From NCBI GenBank assembly GCA_963813155.1, contig CAWEYG010000003.1:32001-96000 (forward strand): a DNA stretch of 64,000 nt, read 5' to 3'. Shown piece after piece: positions 17,605 to 27,123 of the stretch. A program made the translations under genes and the position numbers. Position 1 is the stretch's first letter; the number at the start of each line of letters is the position of its first letter. The notes under the pieces were generated by a model that was not told the origin of the DNA, ran no database searches, and was given only the letters and a program-made list of their open reading frames with translations. The stretch is from an uncultured Acidobacteriota bacterium (lineage in GTDB: Bacteria; Acidobacteriota; Thermoanaerobaculia; UBA5066; DATFVB01).

Positions 17605-20600
17605 GTTGGAAGCGGCAGGTCGTAGGGCTTGCCGTTCCGCGCGGACAGAACGCACAGGCGGACGACCCGGACGCCGAGGAGCATGAGCCCGCGGGCATAT
17701 TCTGAGAGTTGTGGCGCGTACGTCTCGAAATGGGAACGAATCGCGCTCTCCTCTCCTCGAAACTGGTCGATGCGGTCCGTCTTGTAATCGACCACGGTCC
17801 ACCCTTCCGGACCTTCGGCGAGAAGGTCGATTTTTCCCTCCACGAGGGCGCCGTCCTCCGGACTTCGAAAGAGGATCGGAAATTCCGCGAGTTTTCGCGA
17901 AGGACGGGTCACGATCGGCGACGCCGTGAGCGCGTCCACCATCGCGGCGATCTCGGCGTGACGCCGAACGCCCAGATCCCACTCGGCCGCCGCCGCGGCG
18001 ACGGCGGATTGCGGCGTCTCCCCGTGCATCACTCGTTCCATGGCGTCGTGAAGCGCGCATCCGATCCGGGCGGCGAGTCCGGGCTGCTCGGCTCGGGCGT
18101 CGGAGGATGGTTCGTCCTCCGACTGCGGTTGCCGACCCCCGGCGCGGCGCAGGAGATCGCACCGGGTTGACGCGAGGAGCGCCGGGCGTGCGGCGATCGC
18201 GGCGATCTCGTCTCGCAGAGCGGCGGCTGGAGAAGCCAGCTCCTTGCGGGGCCGTTTGACCGCCCGCCGGAGTTCGGGGTAGTTCGTTCGGCGTTCGACG
18301 AAGATGTCGATCGGTTCCGACGGTTGAACGGGTCCCAGCGCGGCGAGCGGGGTTCGTTCGAACGTATCGGCGACGCCCTTTTTCGAGTCCGTGATTTTTC
18401 GCCAGCGAGACAGGAAGAACCAGTCGCGCGCGCGCGTGGCGCCGACATAGAGGAGGCGGCGAGTCTCGGCCGCTTCGCGCTCGTCGTCGGCCCGGCGAAT
18501 GGACGCGAAATCCGGACTCGAGATCGTTCCGGCGCCGACCTTGATTGAAACTCCCCAGGGCCCGTCGCGACGTGGGGCCAGAAGGCCGTCCGAGGCCGGC
18601 CGCGCGAGCCCGCCGAACCCCGCGAGGACGACGACCGGGAATTCCAGACCCTTTGCCTTGTGAACCGTCAAAATGCGGACGGCGTCGGTGGACTCTTCGA
18701 AAGCCCGGGGCTCGGAGGCGTCGGCGCTTCCGATCGACGCGAGCCCGCGAACGACGGCTCCAAACGAGGGGGCGGAGGCTTCGATCTCCCGCGCCAGGCT
18801 GACGATCTGATGAAGGTTGGCCTGCGCTTGAAGTCCCCCAACCCGCCTGGCTCGCGCCTTGACGAGCGCCCCGGTCGCCGAGAGGAGATCGAGGACGGTT
18901 TCCGAGGCGGGCCGATCTTCCCGGCTGCGGTAGAGGAGAGAAAGAAGGTCGAGAGCCTCGCGCAGCGGCCCCGACGCCGATTCCGCGCGCCGGTGGTCGA
19001 AGAAAGCGCCAGATTCCCGCGCGAGAAAGAGGTCCTCGTCAGACAGCGCGAAAAGAAAGGACTTCAACGTCGCGTAGAGCGCGATGCGGTCGTCCGGGTT
19101 CTCGATCGCGCGGAGCGCCGCGAGGACGGCAGCCGGCTCTTCCCGCCGGAAGAAGTCGAGCCCCCCTTCGATGACGGCATCGATGCCGACTCGAGCGAAC
19201 GCCTCCTGAAAAAGCCCGACGCTCTCGTTGCTTCGGACGAGCACGGCGACGTCGCCCGATCTCGCCGGACGGCCGCTCTCGACCTCGAGAGTGCCGCGCC
19301 CGATCGCGTCCGCGAGCAGTCCGGCGATCCCTTCCGCTTCGCTCTTTCGCCAGCTCTCCTCGTCGGCTCGCCAGTCGGTGGGAGGGTCGAGATACACGAC
19401 CCGTTTCTCCCCCGGCACGGGCCGGTCGCCCCACGGTTCGAGAGGGGAATAGGAGGCTTCGAACGGTTGCACGGGCGGCGCCATCGCTTCTCCGAAGACG
19501 GCGTTGACCCATTCGAGTATTGGCGGAACGCTTCGACGATTCGCCACGAAGATCTCGCGGTCGGCCTGCAGGAGCTCGCCGACGAGGGAGTACGTCTCGA
19601 TATCGGCCCGGCGAAAGCGATAGATCGACTGCTTGGGATCGCCGACGAGAAGGAGCCTTCCCGGCTCGGGAGCGAGCTCCGTCCAATCCTCGCCGCCGCC
19701 TTCGCCATGCGCAAGGCGCAGGAAGATCTCCATCTGAATCGGATCCGTGTCCTGAAATTCGTCGACGACCAGAAGCGCGTACCGTTCCCGGAAGTGGCGC
19801 CTCGCCGACCCGGAAGATCGGAGGAGCTCCCGGGTCACGAGGAGGAGGTCGTCGAAATCCATCAGGCTTTGCCGCCGCTTGAGCTTCGCGACGGTCTTCA
19901 GATATCCCCCGGGCTCGAGGGTCAGGCGGCGGAGCAGATTCACGAGGACGGGCCAGCCGGGCGCGTCCTCGAGGGTTTCCAGGAACTTCTTGTATTCTTT
20001 TTCCCGCCATCTTTCGACCTCGTCGAGTTTCCCGCCGGACCGGAAAGAGATCACGGGAGCGGTCGCGCGGAAGGAGCGAAGGGCGTCGAGGTCGTCGGGC
20101 ACCGCGCCCAGCCAGGCGACGATCTCCGCGAGCGTTCCGGCGACGGGATGACCGGCGGATTCGGCGACCCGGCGGAGATCGCGCGCCTGGTCCCGCAGGC
20201 GCGCAGCCGTCGAAAGTATGGTCGCCGCGTCCGCGTCGGGCAGATGGGCGTCGTCCAGGCGGGCCCTCTTCTCGTAGAGTTCGGCCGCGAGCGTGCGGAG
20301 CGTCGTTTCCTTCTCGCCTCCCGCGATCTTCATTCCGGCGAGAAGCGCCCGACCGAGCGCCCCGTCGGGGCGTTCGGCCGCCTCCTGCCGCCACCACTCC
20401 TCCCAGACCTCACTCGCGAGCGCGGACGAGGCCTCGGGAAGAATCATCGTGAACGCGGGGATCAATCCGGCCTCGATCGGCCGCTCGCGCAGGAGCGACG
20501 AGCAGAACGCGTGAATCGTTCCCACCTGCGCCCGGTCGATTTCTTCCAGGCTCTCGCGGGCGGCGCAGCGTATCCGATCTGGCTCGTTTGACGAGAGGAG

Positions 20601-20834
20601 GGCTTCCAAGCGCGAGCGAAGGCGTTTTTGGAGATCTCCCGCGGCCTTCTCGGTGAACGTCACGGCCGCGATGCGGGTGAGCGGAACTCGGGGCTCGCGG
20701 CGAACGCAGACCTCGGTGATGGCCTCGACGATCGCGTGAGTCTTCCCGGTGCCCGCCGAGGCCTCGACGAAGATCGACCGGTCGCGGCCGGCGACGACTC
20801 TTTCCCGCGCGTCGCGATCGGGAGGAGGGTTCAC
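17601..20834 (-). CDS. addA: UvrD-like helicase/nuclease, AddA subunit
   Basis: 'ASAGTGKT', 'TFTEKAA', 'VDEFQDTD', 'VGDPKQSIYRFRRAD', 'TVHKAKGLEF', C-terminal 'GKIDLL..VDYKT'. Confidence 0.9.
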   Translation of the reverse strand: MNPPPDRDARERVVAGRDRSIFVEASAGTGKTHAIVEAITEVCVRREPRVPLTRIAAVTFTEKAAGDLQKRLRSRLEALLSSNEPDRIRCAARESLEEIDRAQVGTIHAFCSSLLRERPIEAGLIPAFTMILPEASSALASEVWEEWWRQEAAERPDGALGRALLAGMKIAGGEKETTLRTLAAELYEKRARLDDAHLPDADAATILSTAARLRDQARDLRRVAESAGHPVAGTLAEIVAWLGAVPDDLDALRSFRATAPVISFRSGGKLDEVERWREKEYKKFLETLEDAPGWPVLVNLLRRLTLEPGGYLKTVAKLKRRQSLMDFDDLLLVTRELLRSSGSARRHFRERYALLVVDEFQDTDPIQMEIFLRLAHGEGGGEDWTELAPEPGRLLLVGDPKQSIYRFRRADIETYSLVGELLQADREIFVANRRSVPPILEWVNAVFGEAMAPPVQPFEASYSPLEPWGDRPVPGEKRVVYLDPPTDWRADEESWRKSEAEGIAGLLADAIGRGTLEVESGRPARSGDVAVLVRSNESVGLFQEAFARVGIDAVIEGGLDFFRREEPAAVLAALRAIENPDDRIALYATLKSFLFALSDEDLFLARESGAFFDHRRAESASGPLREALDLLSLLYRSREDRPASETVLDLLSATGALVKARARRVGGLQAQANLHQIVSLAREIEASAPSFGAVVRGLASIGSADASEPRAFEESTDAVRILTVHKAKGLEFPVVVLAGFGGLARPASDGLLAPRRDGPWGVSIKVGAGTISSPDFASIRRADDEREAAETRRLLYVGATRARDWFFLSRWRKITDSKKGVADTFERTPLAALGPVQPSEPIDIFVERRTNYPELRRAVKRPRKELASPAAALRDEIAAIAARPALLASTRCDLLRRAGGRQPQSEDEPSSDARAEQPGLAARIGCALHDAMERVMHGETPQSAVAAAAAEWDLGVRRHAEIAAMVDALTASPIVTRPSRKLAEFPILFRSPEDGALVEGKIDLLAEGPEGWTVVDYKTDRIDQFRGEESAIRSHFETYAPQLSEYARGLMLLGVRVVRLCVLSARNGKPYDLPLPT

Positions 20835-23800
20835 GGCAGGTCCCTCAGGGCCTTCAGCGCGCGGACCGACGGGTCGGAGTCGTCGTCCTTTTCCTCGAAT
20901 CGCTCGATGTGCCCGGGCCCGCAGACTTCCGAGAATTCGCAAAAGGAACACGGCCATTTGTTGAGACGCGTCGCCGTCCGCGGCGCGAACGTTCCCGATC
21001 CGACAGCCTCCTCCATCCCGCGAAGAAACGTCCTCAGGTGGCCGATGGCCTCGCTCGTCTGATCCGGCGGGAAGGAGACCGCCTCGACTGAGGCCGAGCC
21101 GGGTCCGACGCTCCTCAAGACGAGATATTCGGAAGCAACGCGCTCTCCGGTCGCGAGCGCGTAGATCGGAAGCTGTACCGCTTCGCCGCCGAGGATTCGC
21201 CCCCCGCCGTCGAACGCTTTCTGAAAACCGGAGGCCATCTTCACTTTGTAATCGATCACGCGCGCCGCCCGGCCCTCCCGATCGTCGTCGACGCGGTCTA
21301 TCGAACCCACGAACCGCACCGAAAACGGGCCTGCGTCGACCCGGAACGGAATTTCGGGCGTATCGAGGTTCTTTTCGGCGGCCGCGGGCCGGAGTCCGTC
21401 GCGGCTCCCGGCTTCGTGGGCGAGCCAGGCGTGGATCAGGTCCTCGATTCGCGCGCGCGCGATGCCGCGAACCAGCTCCGGATGCAGGGGAGCCGTCTTT
21501 TCTTCGTGAAGCGCGAGCGCTTCTTCGGCGGCGCGCGCCGCGAGCTCCGCACCCTCGTCTCCCGACGGCGGCCAGGAAGTCGCATAACCGACGATGCGCC
21601 GTGCGGCGTCGTGGAAGGCGTTTCCGAGGTGCAGCGGGCCCAGCTCGGCGGAGCGGTCGAGCTCTTCCCACTCCCGCAGACCCTGGACGTTGTGCAGAAA
21701 GTATCGGTAGGGGCATGCCCCGAACTTCCCGAGCTTCGACGCCGAGAGGGATTCGAGAGCGCTCGGGCGATGGCGCTCGAGCGCCTTCCGGGCCTCCGGG
21801 CCGAGCCTTCCCTCGAACGCCGTCCACCGCGGCGAATGCGAGAGCTCTTGCCGGAGGAGCGATCGGCGAAGCGGCGCGTAGGCCGCGGCGACCGTCGCCG
21901 TACCGGAGCTCTCGAGAACCCGCTCGCAAGCCTCACCCACGGAAACGGCCGGACCGAAAACGACGGCGCGGCCCATTTCCGTGTTTCGCGTGGCCGGCCC
22001 GGCACGGGAGGAGGCGGCGCGCTCGGCGTCCGCGAAGAAGTGGGACGGGAGGCAGTCCCGCGTCAGCGCCTCGTCCCGTCGCGCCGTCGTCAGGACGAGT
22101 CTCCGCGCGGCCGACCCTACGGCGACTCCGAAGAGCAGCCGCTCCTCGGCGGATCGGGACGCGACTTTGAGGGGAACCGGGCGCCCGGTGCGCTCGGCGA
22201 GAACGAGACGCTCGGAATCGAAGAGCAACGGATCGGGCCGCCCGGGGAGCGGGAACTCCCGCTCGACGAGGCGAGCGACAAAGCTCGCCTCGAAAGTCAG
22301 GCCTCGAGTGGCCATCACCGTTCCGATGCAGACTCCATCGACTCCGAGCCTGCCCGAGGCCTCTCGTTGTTTTTCGAGCGCCGCAAAGAACACGTGCCCT
22401 GCCGTCGGCCTCTCGACGGCCACTCCCGATTCGTCGAGGGCCGAGAGTGCCTCGGCTGCGGCGCGAAGGGGATCGGGGACTTCGGCAGGCAGAAAGAGAA
22501 CTTCGAGTCTCCCCGAGAGTTCGTCGGCCCATTCCCTCCAGGATCGCGCTCCGCCGGGCCACGACGACGCCGACGCGATGAGACGCCCGCATTCCTCTGC
22601 GAAGGCGAGGGAGGCGGCGGCTTCCGCCGGCGCCGCGCCGGAAGCGTGACCTTCGAGTCGCTCCTTCCATGCAGTTTCGCCCCGAACGATTCCCGCCTTC
22701 CGCGCGAGAGACCGGGCCGACGGCCGAGAATCGCGTCCGGGAGCGTCGGCGAGGAGATCGAGAAGACCGAGAACGTCCTCGCGCGAGAAGTCGCGCTCCT
22801 CGAGATCCCACCAGAGCCGGACCGCGCGGCCGAGCGTCGAGGACGCGAGGGATCGTCCCCGGATGTCAAAATTCGGAATTCCGAGCCGGGTCAGCTCGCG
22901 CGAGAGGGCCTCGGACCATGAGCTCGATTCCCGGACGATGATGGCCATGCGATGAAGAGGAACGCCGGCTTCCGCCGCAATCAAGATCTCGCGGGCGATC
23001 TCGGCGCGTTCGCCGGATGACGTCGCCGCGGAAACGAGCCTCGCCGGCCCGCCCTCGCCGTCGAACTCCGCGGCGGTGGGCCCTTCGCCCAATCGGAGGC
23101 GAAACGGCTCGAGCGGAGAATTCGCCTCCGGGGCGGCTTCGGGGGAGGCCTCGAGCGTCGAGGCGGTCCAGGCGAGAAAGGGTTCGGCGAAATCTCCCCA
23201 CGAGCCAACCGGCCGCGGAACGAACGCGAAGATCGGGAAGCGACGCGCGAGTGCCGCGAGGAAGTCTTTCTGGGCGCCCGTCGCATCGTAGAAACCGTAC
23301 AGGAACACCGTCTCCGGGGTCGCGGCTCGAGTGGCGCCGGCGGCGCGCCGAAGGAGCCGCCACGACGTTTCGCGGCTGCCGGTACCATTCTCGAGCTCTT
23401 CGTACAGGCGCGCCACCGCTCCGAGGAGCACCCGGCGTTCCGCGGCCAGCGAGGGGTTCTCGGCGAACGACCGGAAGCGGCTCGGGGTGACCCCGGCGTC
23501 AGCGAGGTCGCGGATCGTCGCTTCGAGAGAGGGGACGAAATCGGGCCGCGAGGCGAGGTCTCCGAATGCTCGCGATTCCGGAAGCCTCGCCAGGGCGTCG
23601 GAAAGGATCGCAAATTCCCCGAATTCGGGAAGCGGAACCGGCCCCTGCCCGGCGAGATGTCCTGCGAACTCCTCGAGGTTCGAAAAGGAAATCCCCGCGT
23701 GCGCCGCGGCAAGACCCCGAGACTCGCGCCACTCCAGGTACCGGCGTCGGAGATGGACGCCCAGGAGATTCGACGTGACGATGACCGAGACGCGGCGGAG

Positions 23801-23911
23801 AGGGTCGACCGACTGGTGTTCGGCGAGAGTGCCGAACAGCCGGGGCTCGAGACCGAGGAACGGGCCGGTCACGAGGCGGTGGCGGGACGGATTCGTCCGA
23901 GGTGCGGTCAA
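20831..23911 (-). CDS. addB: AddB-like inactive helicase / PD-(D/E)xK nuclease with Fe-S cysteines
   Basis: 'SASKL..FGACPYRYF', 'GSIDRVD..IDYK', 'CSFCEFSEVC'; coupled to addA. Confidence 0.85.
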   Translation of the reverse strand: MTAPRTNPSRHRLVTGPFLGLEPRLFGTLAEHQSVDPLRRVSVIVTSNLLGVHLRRRYLEWRESRGLAAAHAGISFSNLEEFAGHLAGQGPVPLPEFGEFAILSDALARLPESRAFGDLASRPDFVPSLEATIRDLADAGVTPSRFRSFAENPSLAAERRVLLGAVARLYEELENGTGSRETSWRLLRRAAGATRAATPETVFLYGFYDATGAQKDFLAALARRFPIFAFVPRPVGSWGDFAEPFLAWTASTLEASPEAAPEANSPLEPFRLRLGEGPTAAEFDGEGGPARLVSAATSSGERAEIAREILIAAEAGVPLHRMAIIVRESSSWSEALSRELTRLGIPNFDIRGRSLASSTLGRAVRLWWDLEERDFSREDVLGLLDLLADAPGRDSRPSARSLARKAGIVRGETAWKERLEGHASGAAPAEAAASLAFAEECGRLIASASSWPGGARSWREWADELSGRLEVLFLPAEVPDPLRAAAEALSALDESGVAVERPTAGHVFFAALEKQREASGRLGVDGVCIGTVMATRGLTFEASFVARLVEREFPLPGRPDPLLFDSERLVLAERTGRPVPLKVASRSAEERLLFGVAVGSAARRLVLTTARRDEALTRDCLPSHFFADAERAASSRAGPATRNTEMGRAVVFGPAVSVGEACERVLESSGTATVAAAYAPLRRSLLRQELSHSPRWTAFEGRLGPEARKALERHRPSALESLSASKLGKFGACPYRYFLHNVQGLREWEELDRSAELGPLHLGNAFHDAARRIVGYATSWPPSGDEGAELAARAAEEALALHEEKTAPLHPELVRGIARARIEDLIHAWLAHEAGSRDGLRPAAAEKNLDTPEIPFRVDAGPFSVRFVGSIDRVDDDREGRAARVIDYKVKMASGFQKAFDGGGRILGGEAVQLPIYALATGERVASEYLVLRSVGPGSASVEAVSFPPDQTSEAIGHLRTFLRGMEEAVGSGTFAPRTATRLNKWPCSFCEFSEVCGPGHIERFEEKDDDSDPSVRALKALRDLP

Positions 23912-23987
23912 GCGCCAAGTCTACGGCATCCGTCCGAATGTCCTCCGCGTTCGCGTTCGGATAGGATCGGCGTTTCGTCGGAGGATC

Positions 23988-25670
23988 ATGGCCCAGCAAT
24001 ACATCTTCACGATGCAGAACCTTCGGAAGGTCGTTCCGCCGCACAAGGAGATCCTGCGCGGGGTGTGGCTGTCGTTCTTTCCCGGCGCGAAAATCGGCGT
24101 CCTCGGCCTGAACGGCTCCGGGAAGTCGACGGTGCTTCGCATCATGGCGGGCACCGAGAAGGAGTTTCAGGGCGAGGCGTTTCCGGCGGAAGGAACGCGG
24201 ATCGGCTTTCTCGAACAGGAACCGAAGCTCGACGCCGCGAAGGACGTCCTCGGCAACGTCGAGATGGGAGTCGCCGGAACGCGGAAGCTCCTGCAAAAAT
24301 TCGACGAGCTGAACGAGAAGCTCGGCGCCGAGCTCTCGGACGCCGAGATGGAAAAAGTGATGGCCGAGCACGGAAGAGTGCAGGACGCGATCGACGCGTC
24401 GGGGGGATGGGACCTCGACAAGACGCTCGAGATCGCGATGGACGCGCTGCGCTGTCCTCCCCCCGACGCGGCCGTTTCGAAGATCTCGGGAGGGGAGAAA
24501 CGGCGCGTCGCGCTGTGCCGCGTTCTGCTCGAGAAGCCGGACCTCCTGTTGCTCGACGAGCCGACGAACCATCTCGACGCGGAGTCCGTCGCCTGGCTCG
24601 AGCGCTACCTCGCGGAATATCCCGGCACCGTCGTCGCGGTGACGCACGACCGCTATTTCCTCGACAACGTCGCGCAGTGGATCCTGGAGCTCGACCGCGG
24701 CGCCGGGATTCCGTGGAAGGGGAACTACTCCTCCTGGCTCGAACAGAAAGAGGCGCGGCTCCAGCAGGAGGAAAAGCAGGAGTCCGCGAAACGCCGGCAG
24801 CTTCAGAGAGAACTGGAATGGGTGCGGATGGCTCCTCGCGCGCGGCATGCGAAGAGCAAAGCGCGCCTGCAGGCGTACGAAGAGCTGCTTTCCGACCAGG
24901 GGCCCGAATCCCGCAACGAAACCCAGGAAATCTACATTCCGCCGGGGCCGCGGCTGGGCGACGTGGTCGTCAAGGCGGACGGCGTCCGGAAGAGCTTCGG
25001 CGACCGCCTGCTGATGGAGAACATGAGCTTCGACCTGCCGCGCGGCGGCATCGTGGGAGTCATCGGGCCGAATGGCGCGGGGAAAACGACGCTCTTTCGA
25101 ATGATCATGGGGGAAGAGAAACCGGACGCCGGCGTCCTGAAGGTGGGAGAGACCGTCGTCGTCTCCTACGTCGACCAGAACCGGGAACGCCCCGAGGGGT
25201 CCAAGACCGTGCACGACGAGCTCTCGGAAGGGCAGGACCTCGTCGTTCTCGGCAAGCGCTCGATCCCCTCGCGCGCGTATTGCGCGATGTTCAACTTCAA
25301 GGGCGCCGACCAGCAGAAGCGCGTCGCGGATCTCTCGGGCGGAGAGATGAACCGGCTCCACCTCGCGCGAACGCTGAAGAAGGGCGGAAACCTGCTGCTG
25401 CTCGACGAGCCGACGAACGACCTCGACGTCGAAACCCTCCGGGCCCTCGAGGACGCCATTCTGAATTTCGGCGGTTGCGCCGTCGTGATCTCGCACGACC
25501 GCTGGTTTCTCGACCGCATCGCGACGCACATCCTCGCCTTCGAAGGCGACTCGCAGACCGTCTGGTTCGAGGGCAACTTCGCGGACTACGAAGCCGACCG
25601 CAAGCGGCGCCTCGGGGCGGAGGCCGACCGCCCCCACCGGATCAAGTACAAGAAGCTGACGCGGACCTGA
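23988..25670 (+). CDS. ettA: Energy-dependent translational throttle protein (ABC-F)
   Basis: 'LSFFPGAKIGVLGLNGSGKST', two ABC domains, 'ELEWVR', C-terminal 'PHRIKYKKL'. Confidence 0.95.
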   Translation: MAQQYIFTMQNLRKVVPPHKEILRGVWLSFFPGAKIGVLGLNGSGKSTVLRIMAGTEKEFQGEAFPAEGTRIGFLEQEPKLDAAKDVLGNVEMGVAGTRKLLQKFDELNEKLGAELSDAEMEKVMAEHGRVQDAIDASGGWDLDKTLEIAMDALRCPPPDAAVSKISGGEKRRVALCRVLLEKPDLLLLDEPTNHLDAESVAWLERYLAEYPGTVVAVTHDRYFLDNVAQWILELDRGAGIPWKGNYSSWLEQKEARLQQEEKQESAKRRQLQRELEWVRMAPRARHAKSKARLQAYEELLSDQGPESRNETQEIYIPPGPRLGDVVVKADGVRKSFGDRLLMENMSFDLPRGGIVGVIGPNGAGKTTLFRMIMGEEKPDAGVLKVGETVVVSYVDQNRERPEGSKTVHDELSEGQDLVVLGKRSIPSRAYCAMFNFKGADQQKRVADLSGGEMNRLHLARTLKKGGNLLLLDEPTNDLDVETLRALEDAILNFGGCAVVISHDRWFLDRIATHILAFEGDSQTVWFEGNFADYEADRKRRLGAEADRPHRIKYKKLTRT

Positions 25671-26022
25671 GGCGCGCCAGCGCGGCGATACATCGATCGA
25701 ATACGGGCGCGTCTCGCCGCGCCTGATCCGTCCAGACGAAACGAACCGCGAGGGTCGCGAAGAGAAAATTGAGAGCTCCAAAGAGGATCCAGACGGCAAT
25801 CGTTGCAGGCCTGCCGCCTGCTTCGATGCGCAGTCCCGCCCGCATGCAGGCCCACGCGAACACGAGAAGGATCGCAACGATCTCGTAGGCGATCCGGAGA
25901 ACTCGCAGGGACAAAACGCCGCCGATCGCGCGGCCCGTCAACCTCCTGAGTAGCCACACCAGCGGCACGAGCAGCGCCGGCAGCAGGTACGAGGTGAACA
26001 CAGCTTCGACGAACTGTTTCAT
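25642..26022 (-). CDS. Hypothetical membrane protein
   Basis: Three hydrophobic segments from ATG 26022; no motif. Confidence 0.45.
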   Translation of the reverse strand: MKQFVEAVFTSYLLPALLVPLVWLLRRLTGRAIGGVLSLRVLRIAYEIVAILLVFAWACMRAGLRIEAGGRPATIAVWILFGALNFLFATLAVRFVWTDQARRDAPVFDRCIAALARLRSASASCT

Positions 26023-26080
26023 CTGGTGCAGCAGTCGGATCAACATTGAAATCAGTATAAGAGACCGGCATACTTCCGCC

Positions 26081-26302
26081 ATGAAAAACGCACACTGGCT
26101 CGGCAGGGCGCTCCTGTTCGGTTTCGGGTGGATTTTCTTTTCCGCGATCGTCTACGTGCTCCTGGACGCTTTCGGTGTCTGGCCGGCGATTCCCCGGGGC
26201 CTGGCTGAGGCGTTCGAGGTTCTGACTGGCGCCGTGCTCGTCTTCGAGCTCTTCGGACATCTCGTGCTCTCGGCCGGGGGCGCGCGCTCGCTGCCTTCCT
26301 GA
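26081..26302 (+). CDS. Small hypothetical membrane protein
   Basis: 73 aa, two TM segments; CATACT 6 nt before the ATG. Confidence 0.5.
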   Translation: MKNAHWLGRALLFGFGWIFFSAIVYVLLDAFGVWPAIPRGLAEAFEVLTGAVLVFELFGHLVLSAGGARSLPS

Positions 26303-26311
26303 ATTTTTGGC

Positions 26312-26361
26312 TTGCATTTATTCCGGCGTCAGGTTACGGTTTTAATCAAGTCTTAAGGAGG
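26312..26361 (+). promoter_or_regulatory. Putative promoter and RBS of the cupredoxin-cyc2-cco operon
   Basis: TTGCAT (26312-26317), 17-nt spacer, TACGGT (26335-26340); AAGGAGG SD before ATG 26366; AT-rich. Confidence 0.45.
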
Positions 26362-26365
26362 CCTG

Positions 26366-27103
26366 ATGCCGCTTACTCGAACCCTTTGGACTCCTACCCG
26401 TTGCCTGATGGCGGTTCTCGCGCTCTTCGTGGTCCGACCGGCGGCTTCTTACGAGGCCGAAAAGGTGACAAACGGCGGCTCCATCGCCGGAGCAGTCAAG
26501 CTCGCGGGCGCGGCGCCGGCGGTCGCGCCGATCAAGACAACGAAAAATCAGGACTACTGCGGTATGAGCCTCGCCAACCCTCTCTACGAGGTGGGACCCG
26601 GCGGCGGGCTGGCCAACGTCGAGGTGTACATCAAGGACATCGCGAAGGGAAAGGCGAAGCCGGCCGATCCGATCGTTCTGACCAACGACCATTGCATGTT
26701 CAGCCCGCGCGTTCAGGGAGCTGTCGTCGGGCAGCAGATCAAGATCGTGTCCGACGATCCGATCCTCCACAATACACACCCGCAGATCGCGGCGACGAAC
26801 GCGACGCTTTACAACGTCGCCTTGCCTTTCAAAGGCTTTTCGGTCTTGAAGCCCCTTCTTCCGCAGGCGGGGTTGCTCAGGGTCAAGTGCGACGTGCACG
26901 AGTGGATGCGCGCCTGGATCCTCGAGCTCGACAATCCCTACTTCACGACGACCGACAAGAGCGGAAGCTTCACTCTCAAGGACGTTCCTCCGGGGACCTA
27001 TACGGTCATTGCGTGGCACGAAGTGATGGGCGAAAAAACGGGGACCGTTACGGTGGCTGCGGGCAAACCGGCTGCCCTGAATTTTCAGTTCGCCGCGAAG
27101 TAA
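26366..27103 (+). CDS. Periplasmic cupredoxin-like protein with C-terminal carboxypeptidase-regulatory-like beta-sandwich
   Basis: Signal peptide; 'CMFSPRVQ', 'DPILHNTH' and amicyanin-type C-x2-H-x2-M loop 'KCDVHEWM'; 'DVPPGTYTVIAWHE'. Confidence 0.8.
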   Translation: MPLTRTLWTPTRCLMAVLALFVVRPAASYEAEKVTNGGSIAGAVKLAGAAPAVAPIKTTKNQDYCGMSLANPLYEVGPGGGLANVEVYIKDIAKGKAKPADPIVLTNDHCMFSPRVQGAVVGQQIKIVSDDPILHNTHPQIAATNATLYNVALPFKGFSVLKPLLPQAGLLRVKCDVHEWMRAWILELDNPYFTTTDKSGSFTLKDVPPGTYTVIAWHEVMGEKTGTVTVAAGKPAALNFQFAAK

Positions 27104-27123
27104 CAGACGTCAGGAGGTGACCC

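Noticed and set aside
17601-23911. Helicase-nuclease pair as an antiphage system
   Set aside because: Motifs and order match the housekeeping AddAB recombination complex.
26336-26350. FNR/Anr box upstream of the cco-containing operon
   Set aside because: Only the ATCAA half-site is present; no matching TTGAT at the right spacing.
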